Positions 25,276 to 37,215 of a stretch of 64,000 nt of DNA are shown piece by piece (position 1 is the first letter of the stretch; every line of letters starts with the position of its first letter). A model generated the notes under the pieces. The model did no database searches, had not been told where the DNA came from, and was given only the letters and a program-made list of their open reading frames with translations. This DNA is from Natator depressus (Eukaryota): assembly GCF_965152275.1 (NCBI RefSeq), contig NC_134246.1:34404151-34468150 (forward strand), read 5' to 3'. The position numbers and the translations under genes are program-made.

Positions 25276-26034
25276 GCTTATTTTTACCAGCTTAGGTTAA
25301 AACTTCCCCAAGGTACAAACTATTTTACCTTTTGCCCCTGTACTTTATCCCTGCCACCACCAAGTGTCTAACAGATATATAACTGGGAAAGAGCCCACTT
25401 GGAAACATCTTTCCCCCCCAAAATCCTCCCCAAACCCTACACCCCCTTTCCTGGGGAAGGCTTGATAAAAATCCTCATCAATTTGCATAGGTGAACACAG
25501 ACCGAAACTCTTGGATCTTAAGAACAATGAAAAAAGCAATCAGGTTCTTAAAAGAAGAATTTTAATAGAAGAATAAGTAAAAAGAATCACCTCTGTAAAA
25601 TCAGGATGGTAAATACCTTACAGGGTAATCAGATTCAAAACACAGAGAATCCCTCTAGGCAAAACCTTAAGTTACAAAAAGATACAAAAACAGGAATATA
25701 CATTCCATTCAGCACAAATTATTTTATCAGCCATTTAAAGAAATCAGAATCTAACGCATCTCTAGCTAGATTACTTACTAAATTCTCAGACTCCATTCCT
25801 GTTCTGTTCCTGGCAAAAGCATCACAAAGACAGAGCGAGCCTTTGTTTCTTCCCCCCTCCCTCCCCCCGCACCTCCAGCTTTTGAAGGTATCTTGTCTCC
25901 TCATTGGTCATTTTGGTCAGGTGCCAGCGAGGTTATCCTAGCTTCTTAACCCTTTTCAGCTGAAAGGGTTTTTCCTCTGGCCAGGAGGGATTTTAAAGGG
26001 ATTTACCCTTCCCTTTATATTTATCACAATGTTG
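25276..26034 (-). repeat. Copy 4 of the 0.83-kb repeat, inverted and 3'-truncated, abutting copy 3 tail-to-tail
   Basis: The reverse complement of 25276-26034 aligns to 24459-25230. Confidence 0.65.
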
Positions 26035-26400
26035 AATAGGACTGGTCCCAGAACAGACCCCTGCGGGACACCACTATTTACCTCTCTCCATTCTGAAAAC
26101 TGACCATTTATACCTGCTCTTTGTTTCCTATCTTTTAACCAGTTACCAATCCATGGGAGGACCTTCCCTCTTATCCCATGGCAACTTACTTTGTATAAGA
26201 GCCTTTGGTGAGGGACCTTGTCAAAGGCTTTCTGAAAATCTAAGTACACTATATCTGCTGAATTCCCTTGGTCCATGTGCTTGTTGACCCCCTCAAAGAA
26301 TTCTAGTAGATTGGTGAGGCATGATTTCCCTTTACTAAAACCATGTTGACTCTTCCTCAGCAAATTATGTTCATCTATATATGTTCATCACTCCTTTTAG
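26035..26400 (-). mobile_element. CR1 copy, 5' portion (RT motifs up to ...VLFNIVIN) of the element at 23650-24385
   Basis: ORF 25956..26363 (minus) reads [14 protein letters not shown]...[13 protein letters not shown]...[18 protein letters not shown]. Its last residues are read through into the inserted repeat. Confidence 0.7.
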
Positions 26401-26794
26401 TTACCTGCTACACTGTCTAATCCAGCTCTTTGCTCCTTTTCATCTCCAGCATCCCGCCAAGGGCCTGTGCTCAGGTTTGTTACTCAGAGATTCGGGAATT
26501 GGGAGAGTCCCAGCTCAGCTCCCTCGGGCTAGTGCCAGATTCTCGTTAAAGACCTAACCGTGTTATTTGTCACTAAGGCACAATCTCTAACTGCCAGCAG
26601 AGAGGGCTCCGAGACAAGGCAGCAGTCGACAGCAGTCGGCAGCAGTCGACAGTTGCCTCGGTACTGTGGACACACTCTGCCGACTACATGCACTTAGAGC
26701 ATTTGTGTGGGGACACACACAATCAACTGTATAAAAATGCTTTTTACAAAACCGACTTCTATAAATTTGACCTAATTTTGTAATGTAGACATAC

Positions 26795-27510
26795 CCTAGG
26801 ATAACCTCGCTGGCACCTGACCAAAATGACCAATGAGGAGGCAAGATACTTTCAAAAGCTGGAGAGGGGGAGAAACAAAGGTCTGTGTGATGCTTTTGCC
26901 GGGGACAGAACAGGAATGGAGTCTTAGAACTTAGTAAGTAATCTAGCTAGATATGCGTTAGAGTCTGATTCCTTTAAATGGCTGAGAAAATAAGCTGTGC
27001 TGAATGGAATGTAGATTCCTGTTTTTGTGTCTTTTTGTAACTTAAGGTTTTGCCTAGAGGGATTCTCTGTGTTTTGAATCTGATTATCCTGTAAGGTATT
27101 TACCATCCTGATTTTACAGAGGTGATTCTTTTTACTTTTTTTTCTATTAAAATTCTTTTTAATAATCTGAATGCTTTTTTTCATTGTTCTTAAGATCCAA
27201 GGGTTTGGGTCTGTGTTCACCTATGCAAATTGGTGAGGATTTTTATCAAACCTTCCCCAGGAAAGGGGGTGTAAGATTTGGGAGGATTTTGGGGGGAAAG
27301 ACGTTTCCAAATGGACTCTTTCCCAGTAACCGGTGTTAGACGTTTGGTGGTGGCAGTGATAAAGTACAAGGGCAAAAGGTAAAATAGTTTGTACCTTGGG
27401 GAAGTTTTAACCTAAGCTGGTAAAAGTAAGTTTAGGAGGTTTTCATGCAGGTCCCCACATCTGTACCCTAGAGTTCAGAGTGGGGAAGGAACCTTGACAG
27501 GCACTAACCC
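26795..27510 (+). repeat. Copy 5 of the 0.83-kb repeat (5'-truncated)
   Basis: Ends ...ccacatctgtaccctagagttcagagtggggaaggaaccttgacag. Confidence 0.65.
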
Positions 27511-30500
27511 TGCTGCCATTTGAAAGCGAACAGTGAAATGGTCTTGGGCTGGTTTATGAATCCGGGAAAGCTGAAGCCATCACAATTACAGGTGCCGGGA
27601 GCTGCAGATGAGCCAGCACGCTGCCTGGTGGAAAGGTGTCATTGTCCCAGCACTGTCCAGCTGGGCTCCAGCATGCTTAAACAGCCAACAAATGCATCAG
27701 ACATTAAATGGGGACCCATTTTCTGCCTTTGGGAGCCTGTTTTACATTTGGGCTGAGACTTGGGGGAAAGCGAGTGGGGCAAATTAGCTTGCGAGCGGGT
27801 GCATCTGGGGACAGCTAGGTGGATTGATTAGCAGATCAATGCAAGAGCCAGGGTGTGTGATGCTGGCAGACCAGGTGGCAGCTCATGCCAAGGCCCCACT
27901 GACCCCTGGCAAATGCATGGCTGGCACCCAGGCTGGCTCACTGGCATTAGCCGTGTTAAAATAGATGCTACATTTCTAAGGCTGCGTTCAGTGTTTGGCC
28001 TTTATGAAACGCTTGGGAGCTGCTGCCTGCATTCATCTCATGCACACCAGCTGCATCCTGTGTTATGTCCCAGTGTTTGCTCTGTAACTACAGCTGTGTC
28101 TGCTAGGAAAGTGGACAGCCCCCCCAGACAGGAGAGAAGGAACACCAAGAGTGAGCTGCTAGTTCACCACGAGAGGCGTCAGCTTGTGCCCAGCAAAAAA
28201 AGACCCATAGACTCAAGACGAACCATCGTGGGACACCAGTGGATGGAAGACGTGGTTGATTCTTTTCCCCACCCCTTTGAAGAGGGACCTGCACAGATGC
28301 TCAAGCTCTGCAAGAAGGGCGTAAAACTCCCTGTCAAGAAGAAATTGTCGTCACTTTGCTGCTGGGAGAGGGCCAGGGATCTCCAGGCTGCTTAGCCAGT
28401 GTTAGCTCTAAAGGACGTTATAGCTGCTCCTGTTACTGTCTGGACCCACAGACGAACTCGTGTGTGTGTGTACTTGTTACCTGCTTTAACCTGCAAATCA
28501 CTTGCTTGCTCTCTTTCCCTCGTTAATAAATCTTTAGTTAGTTAATTACAGGGTTAGCTGCAGGTATTGGTTTGGGGTGAGGTCTGCGGTGCACTCGACC
28601 TCGGATCAGTGACTGGCACTGGATCTTGTGTGATTTTTGGTACAATGGACCAGCTCTCGCAAAGGGGTGTCGGGATACCCTGGGGCACCCAAGGGGCCAG
28701 CCTGGGCTCTCCCCATGGTAAGGTATGAAGAGTTCACATGTGATTGGTGAAATCGAGTTCTAGGACCTACCATCAGTTTAGGGCTTGTGCCATCTGTCCT
28801 GAGGCTGGTGCCTCAAAGCCCTCAAATTCCCCCTCCCCCCCGCCCATCCCAGCCCCTGGGGCCGCGCTCACGCAGCCTGTCCCGGTGGATCTGTTCTGCT
28901 CGGCATCAGTAATATACTAGGAAAAGCCAGAACTCCCAGGGGAGCCTCCAAACTCCCGGCCTGCTCTTGCTGGTCCTGCTCGCCGCTGGAACGGAGCCTC
29001 CTCCTAGCCATCCCAGGGATTAGCTCTGTGAGGCTGATGCCCCTTCCTGTGGTCACACGTATTTCACTGCTGTGGGCGCTCCGTGCCTTGGCCCCCCAGC
29101 CAGGTCCCTCTGCACTGCCATTTTCCATGCAGCGTCCTTCCAAATCCCTTCTGTTGGAGGGGCAGCCGGCCAGCCTCACACCTGGTGCCTTGACCCAGTC
29201 ACTCCTGCAGCGATCCCGCTCACTGCTCCACCGGTGCCCCTTACCCACTAGCGGTAGGGGAACCTGGGCCCACCCACTACTCGGGGTTCCAGCCCAAGTA
29301 CTCTGCAACACGCAGCCAAGGTCTGCTCAGTCCCCAACCTTGCTGCTTCCCACAAGCTCTCTTCTTCCTCCCTCCAGGCCAGACCCCCAGGGTCCCCCAT
29401 GCTCCCAGCGTTCCCTCCTGCCCTCTCTACTACTCCAACTTTCTCCTAGCAGCCTTTGCTGCTGCCAGCTCCCTGGGTTTAGACTAGCCCAGCCCGCCCC
29501 TGCTCAGCTGTGCCTTCCCCTAATTAGGGCTTTTCCTTTCACCCTGAATTGTCCCAGTTTATTGCCTGGCCTACCTCTGTGCTCTCACAGCCGCCATGGG
29601 GAGCGCACCCCATCACGCCAGCCTCCTATGTAATCCCGGGAGGTGGGAAACCCACCTGAGCATCTCTGCTCTAAACCAGAGCCCTGGAACCAGGTTTCAC
29701 ATGGCCCCCATAGCATGCCCAAGCCACTGGGTGCCCAGGGGGCATCTCTCCCTGCCCACTGAGGCTGAGCTGGCGCCAAACTCCAGCAGAGGGCTCGTGG
29801 CTGAGATCCCCGAGCGGCCTGGCAGTCAGGAGTTTAGAGGCCCCTTGCCAGTCCCATCCCGGCTGCCCCACTGCCACGCTCCTGGGCCAATCGCCCCACT
29901 GGCTTATGCACTGGCTCCTTCTGCCCCATCTGGGCTCGGTGCCAGTCAGTCTAATATTTTTCCAGCTAGGCTGACACCCAGGGGAGGTTATTAGTGGAGC
30001 TAAAGAGCTCCCTTCTTCCCTCTGCCCCCCAACAGACACGAACGAGCCACGCTTTCTTCATCAGCCCCTGATGGGCACTGAGGCAGAGCTAATTGGCAGG
30101 CCCATTCCCACCAGGACCCTAAAGCCCTCCCAGAGGTCATTAACGCCAGGAAAGATTTCCTCTGCCTGGAGGCCCCTGAGACATATGTGAGGGACCTGTA
30201 TCAGACCCACAGCTCCACTGCGGAGCAAGGGAGCTAGTCATGGCGCGGTCCCAGGTTGGGCCACCCTCATAGGGTGGCTGGGCCTGGGGTCAGTCACAAT
30301 GGGCCAGTCACAATGGGCCACAGAGAGGGAGTGGAGCAGCCAGTGGCTCCTGGGCCTCTTTGACTCTCTCGGTTCTGGGAAACAAACCCAGTCGCCTGAG
30401 AAAGGGACTGAAATTCTGCCAACACTGGGGGCTGGGCATGGTGACTCCACTGCCTTTGGAGACCCTTTGGGCCAGGGTTTCAGAGCACAGCTCAAACCAG

Positions 30501-32728
30501 GCCCATAAGGAACTGAAGAGACCAGCTGAAGCCCTCTTGTGAGGACAGCTTGTCCCTCATCTGCTACCGCAGTGGGCTGGTGCCTTCCCCTGACTTGGCT
30601 AGCACTCTCCCAGAGGGGCCGTGGGGACCAATCGAGGCGGGCAGTTCCCCAGCGCGATGGGCTTGGCTGCATCGTGGCAGCCCCATCCAAGCACCCAAGC
30701 ACCCGGCGTTGGCTGATGCTTCATCATGCCAAGCTTTCCTCAGCGCCCGCCAGCCCTCTCCCCATGACTCTCTCTCTTCCGCCTACTGGGCCAAGGTAGT
30801 TGTCCCCAGGACTGGGTGCCGAGCCAGGATGCAACCCCAGGGGATAGCCACCCCCCAGTCCCACCCCAGGGACAGGCCCGGCCAGAACAGGGCTGGCCAA
30901 GGGGCCTGGGTCAGCCCTGGTTTGGTTCCCATCCAGGACTCCTTTAGTAAGGCAAGAGAAAATCCGTGAGGGGTTCAGGACCAGATCTGCCGGGCTCCGC
31001 AGGGCAGGATTCGAGGGCCCAGCAGCTACATGACGTGAGTCCACTGGGCAAAGAGCACCAAAAGCACCTGGGGTTTCCAGTCAGGCCCTTCTGGCGTAGG
31101 ACGTGGGGTGCTCCGCTGAGCTGGAGAGAGCTGGGTCCACCCACTCAGTGGCAGGAGCCGCTGGGTCCATGCGCCGAGAGAGGATGTGCACGGAGTGGGT
31201 CAGAGGAGATGAGAGGGGTTCAGATACTCTCAGAAGGGGCTGGCTGGGGTCCTGTAATCACAGACACGGCAGGCTGGAAGGGACCTCACACGGTATCTAG
31301 TCCAGCCCCTGCACTGAGGCAGGGCCAAGTGACCCTAGACCAGCCCTGATGGTGGTTTGTCCAACCCTGTCTGCCACGCGACGCTCCCATTAATCCAGCC
31401 ATGACTCCTGCCACGACTCCTGCCCAGACTGGGAGTGGCCCAAGGAGTTCAGATACTCAGAGGGGAGGGCCAAAGGGGTTCACATGGGGATGGATGGACA
31501 GGTAACTTGGGGGACAGAGATGGGGGACGTCATGTGATGGCTGATTGGCGATAGGGCCTTCCCCCCGCCAGCCCGGATTCTGTAGGACCCCACTCAGAGG
31601 GTTTCACCCATCAGTAGCCAAGGGGGCAGGCGGCCCAGCACTGTGGCAACTGGCACTAACCGGCCAAAGACTCAACCCCTCCCTCCAGGATACAGTGGTG
31701 GAGGGTCACTGTGGAGTGGAGGAAAGACAGGAAGGGATGCAGAAATAGACCACACCCCTCACAAGCTAAGCCCTGCCCCTACAAGACAACACATCAGCCC
31801 GCCCCAAAATGCTTTCAAAGAAACTGAGCCATGAGACCCCCTTGGTTCTGTCATTGCTGTATTGTTAGCAAGGCGCAGCCGTGGAGTGGTCCTATGATAA
31901 AATGCAGCAGGGCAGGGAGGGGCAGAGCCGCCTGGTGTGGAAGGGAGCCAAACCCCCAGTTCACTGGGGGCTCCCCATTTCTGGGGCAGCTCTCAATCAT
32001 CCCAGCTGCAAACTGAGCATTGGTAACAAAACACATCACTGCAGAAGAGCCAGAATGGTCCAACATGAGAATGTGAAGAGGGGGCCGGCTCCCGCCTGCA
32101 CCAAACATGGCCTGACGCCTGGACAGGGTTGGGCAGCCATCCCCGCCTCCTCGGCGCTGAGCCGAGGGTTGGTCCCTTCCCAGCTGTGAGAAAGGGGGTT
32201 CGGATAACACCCCCGAGACGTTCCCCCGCCTGTGAGCAGGCGGCACAGGCTCAGGCGAACCGCCCAGGAGATTTAAGAGTGGCGTTCGCCATATCTCAGA
32301 CTACGCGGCCGAATGTGGGGTCTTTTGTGGGGTCAGTGGCCAGGTGACACTCCCCAGTAGCACCAGCAATGGAGGCAGGTGCTTTTGGGTGGAGCATCCT
32401 GGGCTGCATCCCTGGAGGGGGGCATTAGTGGGGGTTGGAGCTGAGACATGGGCTTGGGCAGGCGTCCCATGGTCTGCGGGACTCCAGCAGCCACGCTGTG
32501 AGCACCGCAGGACACCAGGCTCAGACGCCCCCCCATGGGGGAAGAGATGGGGTCAGGGGCTGCCTGAGGGGGGCTCTGGGCTGGGATAAGCGTACATGGG
32601 AGCCGGGAGCAGCGGCCACAAAAATCAAGAGTGGGGAGCAGGCTGGCAGAGCAAGCCGTGGGGGAAGGGGCAGGGCAGCAGTTTGCAGTGGAGGCAGGTG
32701 CCAGGGGAGGGGCCCCTCCCCCAGCCGG

Positions 32729-32943
32729 CTACACCAGGCCATTGCCCTTCATGCGCTCCACCAGCATGGAGACCAGGCGCTCCAACTTGAGAGCAGCCTG
32801 GCGCCCGGCCTCCAGCACCTCGGCATGGTTGGCCTTCTCCCGGGTCCCGTACTCCAGCACTGCCTTGTTGGTGATCAGAGAGAAGCCGAAGACACGCAGG
32901 CCGCAGTGCCGGGCCACAAGCACCTCGGGCACCGTGCTCATCC
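32729..32943 (-). CDS. PNP: PNP exon 6 (last coding exon, ...[27 protein letters not shown]...KGNGLV*)
   Basis: ORF 32729..32941 matches the purine nucleoside phosphorylase C-terminus. The acceptor cccccag|GGATG on the minus strand is phase 1. Confidence 0.85.
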
Positions 32944-33039
32944 CTGGGGGCAGAGCCTGTGTCAGTCTGCAGGGGGCGACAGAGAGCCGGCGATGCCCAG
33001 CCCCCGCCTGCAGCTGCTTGCCCTTCCTGTTCCCTCCTA

Positions 33040-33425
33040 AGCTCTGTTTGCCTCTTTCCTTCCCTCTCCTCCCTCCTATCCCTTCCTTCGCTACCTCCCT
33101 CCTCCTTCCCTCCCTCCCCGTTCCCTCCTCTGCCCCGTCCTTCCTCCCTCCCTTCTTTCCCTCCCTCCCTGTTCCCTATGCTGCCCCATTCCTTCCCATC
33201 CCTCCCTCCCCGTTCCTTCCTCTGCCCCATTCCCTTCCTTCCCCCCCTCCCTGTTCCCTCCTCTGCCCTGTTCCTTCCCTCCCTCCCTCCCTTTCCATTC
33301 CCTCCTCCTCTTCCCCCCTGTTCCCTCCTCTGCCCTGTTCCTTCCTTCTCTTCCCCCCTGTTCCCTCCTCTGCCCCGTTCCTTCCTTCCTGTCCCTCCCC
33401 ATTCCCTCCTCCCCTCCACCGCCCT
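33040..33425. repeat. Pyrimidine-rich minisatellite (ccctccctccccgttccctcctctgccccgttccttcc, ~38-bp unit) filling almost all of PNP intron 5
   Basis: Seen in sequence. It gives spurious P/S-rich and R/G/E-rich ORFs on both strands. Confidence 0.85.
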
Positions 33426-33437
33426 CCCTCGGCTCAC

Positions 33438-33628
33438 CTACGGCGTCGGCGCCCAGCTGCTGCAGGAAGCGGCACTCAGCGATGGTCTCGTAGTTGGGCC
33501 CCCCCACGGTGCAGTAGACACCCTCGTGCAGGCTGGGGCCGTAGCCCAGCTCCCTGCCCACTGCCAGCGCCAGGCCCCGTAACTGCTCGTCGTAGGAGTC
33601 CGACATGGCCGGGAAGCGGGGCCCAAAC
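33438..33628 (-). CDS. PNP: PNP exon 5 (191 nt: RFGPRFPAMSDSYDEQLRG...YETIAECRFLQQLGADAV)
   Basis: Minus-strand acceptor ctgcatag|GTTTGGG and donor GCCGTAG|gtgagccg. I recall exon 5 of human PNP as 191 nt. Confidence 0.85.
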
Positions 33629-34010
33629 CTATGCAGGCAGGGGAGGGGAGAGAGCTCGTGGGGGGGAAGGAGACAGAGGCGCACCCCCATCCCTTCCCAG
33701 AGCAGGGAATGGCCCTGGGGTCCCTTGTGCTGGGCTCTGGCCAGGACTCAGGGTCCTGTCCCCGCCCAGGGGCGCCCACCCATTTCCCGGGCTTTACACT
33801 GCTGCCACTACTGGCCATGGCAAGGGAGGAGCTGTAGGAAAATACTGGGGGGTAGGGGGCAGCAGGGAGGGAGGGCACTGGGTGCCCAGGGCAACAGGAG
33901 GGGGCCGGGTGCCTGGCAGGGCAGGGCAGCGGGGGGGCAGAGCAGCACAGGGGGCAGGGACAGGAGGTGCAGGGTGCCCGGCGGGGGGGGGGGGGGGGGG
34001 CAGCTCCTAC

Positions 34011-34186
34011 CTCTCATCACAGGGGCCGCTCAGCGGGTTGGTGCCTGCCAGGCCGGGCATGTTGATGTGGTCCCGGATCACCATGATGTCACCAACCTGA
34101 TACCCGCGGTTGAGGCCACCAGCCGCGTTGGTGACGATCAGGGTCCCTGCGCCCAGCAGGCGGAAGATCCGCACCGGGAACGTCAC
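34011..34186 (-). CDS. PNP: PNP exon 4 (176 nt: [59 protein letters not shown])
   Basis: Acceptor ctacag|GTGACG, donor GAGAG|gtaggag. ORF 34007..34213. Confidence 0.85.
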
Positions 34187-34199
34187 CTGTAGGGGGGGA

Positions 34200-34520
34200 G
34201 GAGGGGCATCCAATGCCAGACGCTACCCAGCCCTGGGTACCCCAATACAGCTCTGCTGGTGCCCCTCACCCCCAACCCGCAGCCCCCCTCCTCTCCCCTT
34301 TCCCCATGCCCCTCATTCCTGAATCGCAGCCCCCGTGTCCCTCACCCCCAACCCGCAGCCCCCCTTCCCTCCCCCCATGCCCCTCACACCCAACCCGCAG
34401 CTCCCCTCACTCCTGAACCACAGCCCCCCCATGTCCCTCACTCCTGAACTGCAGCTCCCTTTCCCTTCCCCCATGCCCCTCACTTCTGAACCGCAGCCCC
34501 CCGTGTCCCTCAGGGCCGGC
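34200..34520. repeat. ~58-bp minisatellite (cccctcactcctgaaccgcagcccccgtgtccctcacccccaacccgcagcccccctcc) in PNP intron 3. A second array of the same family lies at 39150-39420
   Basis: Seen in sequence. Confidence 0.8.
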
Positions 34521-35389
34521 CTTAAGGAAAATGGCACCCTAGGTGAATTTATATTTTGGTGCCCCATGAGTTTAACGATGTAGTACTTTCACTACAGGGT
34601 GTTGGGGGATGGGGCTGTAGTGAAAACTCTATGGTTTTTTTGCGGATAACTTAGAAATTAGCTGTTGATTTCACTGTACACACACAAATATTTCCATCAG
34701 TAATAAATAATTTATTTACAAATAGGGAAAGCAAGAAAAATGCTGCTTGAAAACTTGTTAGAGTCAAAATTCAGTGATCTAAACTTCTGAATTGGGCTTG
34801 TTACAAATGGACTAGTGAATGAATAGTTAAATCAACAAATCCTTTCTGGTTTTCGGATAGTTATTTTGTATATTTTGACATGTGATACTGACACTTAGTG
34901 GGTTTTGCTGTTTTGTTGTAGTCATGTTGGCACCTGGATATGAGAGCCATAAGGTGGGTGAGGTAATATCTTTAATTGGACTGACTTCAGTTGGTGAAAG
35001 AGACAAGATTTCAAACCCCACAGAGCTCTTCTCCAGGTCTGTGAAGTTCAAAAGGGCTTCTCTCTTTCACCAACCAAAGTTGGTCCAAACAAAGATATTA
35101 CCTCAGCCACCTTGTCTCTCTGTGTTTTAACAGCTTTAAAGCCTGAACTCTTTGAATCTCAACTTCTACTGTTATTAAAAAGTTAACTGACCTGCCCCCC
35201 ATAATTTCCCACAACTGTGAAAATTACAAACTATAAAAAGACAAAAAAGCTTAAAAATAAAGTTTATATTACACATCAACGTTATAAAAAAAATAAAAAG
35301 TGCATTCTACCAAGCCTATTTATAAGCCAGAGCAGCAGAGTTGAAGTGTGTGTGTGTGGGCGGGGGGGATTGGGAAACGCTTATGCCCA

Positions 35390-37215
35390 AATACATTTGT
35401 TAGTCTGTCAGGTGCCACAAGGACTAACAAATTTATTTGCGCATAAGCTTTCGTGGGCTATAACCCACTTCCTCAGATGCATGGAGTGAAAAATACAGTA
35501 GGCAGGTATAAATATACAGCACATGAAAAGATGGGAGTTGCCTTACCAAATGCGGGGTGAGTGCTAACGAGGCCAATTCAATTAGGGTGGATGTGGCCCA
35601 TTCCCAACAGTTGACAAGAAGGTGTGAGTATCAACAGAGGGAAAATTATTTTTTGTAGTGATCCAGCCACTCCCAGTCTACAAGCTGTCAGGAACAGTAT
35701 CCCCGATAATGTCATGGCAAACCTGGTGGCTGAGCTTTGTGACTTTGTCCTCACCCAGAACCATTTCAGATTCGGGGATGATTTATACCTTCAAGTCATC
35801 GGCACTGCTGTGGGTACCCACATGGCCCCACAGTATGCCAACATTTTTATGGCTGACTTAGAACAACGCTTCCTCAGCTCTCGTCCCCTAGCACCCCTAC
35901 TCTATTTGCACTACATTGATGACATCTTCATCATATGGACCCACAGGAAGGAGGCCCTTGAGGAATTCCACCAGGATTTCAACAATTTCCACCCCACCAT
36001 CAACCTCAGCCTGGACCAGTCCACACAATAGATCCACTTTCTGGACACTACAGTACAAATAAACAATGGTCACATAAACACCACCCTATACCGGAAACCT
36101 ACTGACTGCTGTACTTACCTACATGCCTCCAGCTTTCATCCAAACCACATCACATGATCCATTGTCTACAACCAAACCCTAAGATACAACCGCATTTGCT
36201 CCAATCCCTCAGACAGAGACAAACACCTACAGGATCTCTATCAAGCGTTCTTAAAACTACAATACCCACCTGGGGAAGTGCGGAAACAGATTGACAGAGT
36301 CAGAAGGGTCACCTACTACAGGACAGGCCCAATAAAGAAAGTAACAGAACACCACTAGACATCACCTACAGCCCGCAACTAAAACCTCTCCAGTGCATCA
36401 TCAAGGATCTACAGCCTATCCTGAAGGACGATCCCTCACTCTCACAGACCTTGGTAGACAGGCCAGTCCTCGCTTACAGACAGCCCCCCAAATTGAAGCA
36501 AATACTCACCAGCAACTACACAGGACACAACAGAAACACTAACCCAGGAACCCATCCGTGCAACAAACCCCGTTGCCAACTCTGTTCGCATATCTATTCA
36601 AGGGACCATCATAGGACCTAACCACATCAGCCACACTATCAGGGGCTCATTCACCTGCACATCTACTAATGTGATATATGCCATCATGTGCCAGCAATGC
36701 CCCTCTGTCGTGTACATTGGCCAGATCGGACAGACTCTACACAAAAGAATAAATGGACAGAAATCAGACATCAAGAACTGTAACATTCAAAACCCAGTAG
36801 GAGAGCACTTCAATCTCCCTGGACACTTAATAATAGACTTAAAAGTAGCCATTCTTCAACAAAAAAACTTCCAAAACAGACTTCAATGAGAAACTGCAGA
36901 ACTGGAATTAATTTGCAAACTTGACACCATCAAATTAGGCCTAAATAAAGACTGAGAGTGGCTGGGTCACTACAAAAAATAATTTTCCCTCTGTTGATAC
37001 TCACCCCTTCTTGTCAACTGTTGGGAATGAGCGACGTCCACCTTGATTGCATTGGTCTCGTTAGCACTGACCCCCCACACTTGGTAAGGTAACTCCCATC
37101 TTTTCATATGCTGTATGTTTATACCTGCTTAGTGTATTTTCACTCCATGCATCTGATGAAGTGGGTTTTAGCCCACAAAAGCTTATGCCCAAATAAATTT
37201 GTTAGTCTCTAAGGT
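35390..37215 (+). mobile_element. Penelope-like retroelement (PLE), 5'-truncated: RT (YIDD) + GIY-YIG endonuclease, bounded by ~270-bp inverted terminal repeats
   Basis: ORF 35624..36031 reads ...GTAVGTHMAPQYANIFMADLE...YLHYIDDIFIIW. ORF 36671..36889 reads CPSVVYIGQIGQTLHKRINGQKSD. 35395-35665 is the reverse complement of 36935-37215 (~88% identical). A third partial terminal repeat is at 37590-37720. Confidence 0.7.

Noticed and set aside
27853-28395. 180-aa ORF MCDAGRPGGSSCQ...
   Set aside because: No recognisable domain and no splice or conservation evidence. It is kept only as part of the low-interest LTR-like finding.
29000-32700. Many GC-rich ORFs between the repeat region and the PNP 3' end, examined for an RNase A/angiogenin-family gene expected near PNP by synteny
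   Set aside because: No RNase A signature (CKxxNTF, catalytic His/Lys blocks) is present in any frame. The region is probably the PNP 3' UTR and a GC-rich intergenic spacer.
32625-34100. 489-aa plus-strand and 270-aa minus-strand ORFs overlapping PNP
   Set aside because: They run through the pyrimidine-rich intron 5 minisatellite and the G(22) tract. The real PNP exons are on the minus strand in different frames.
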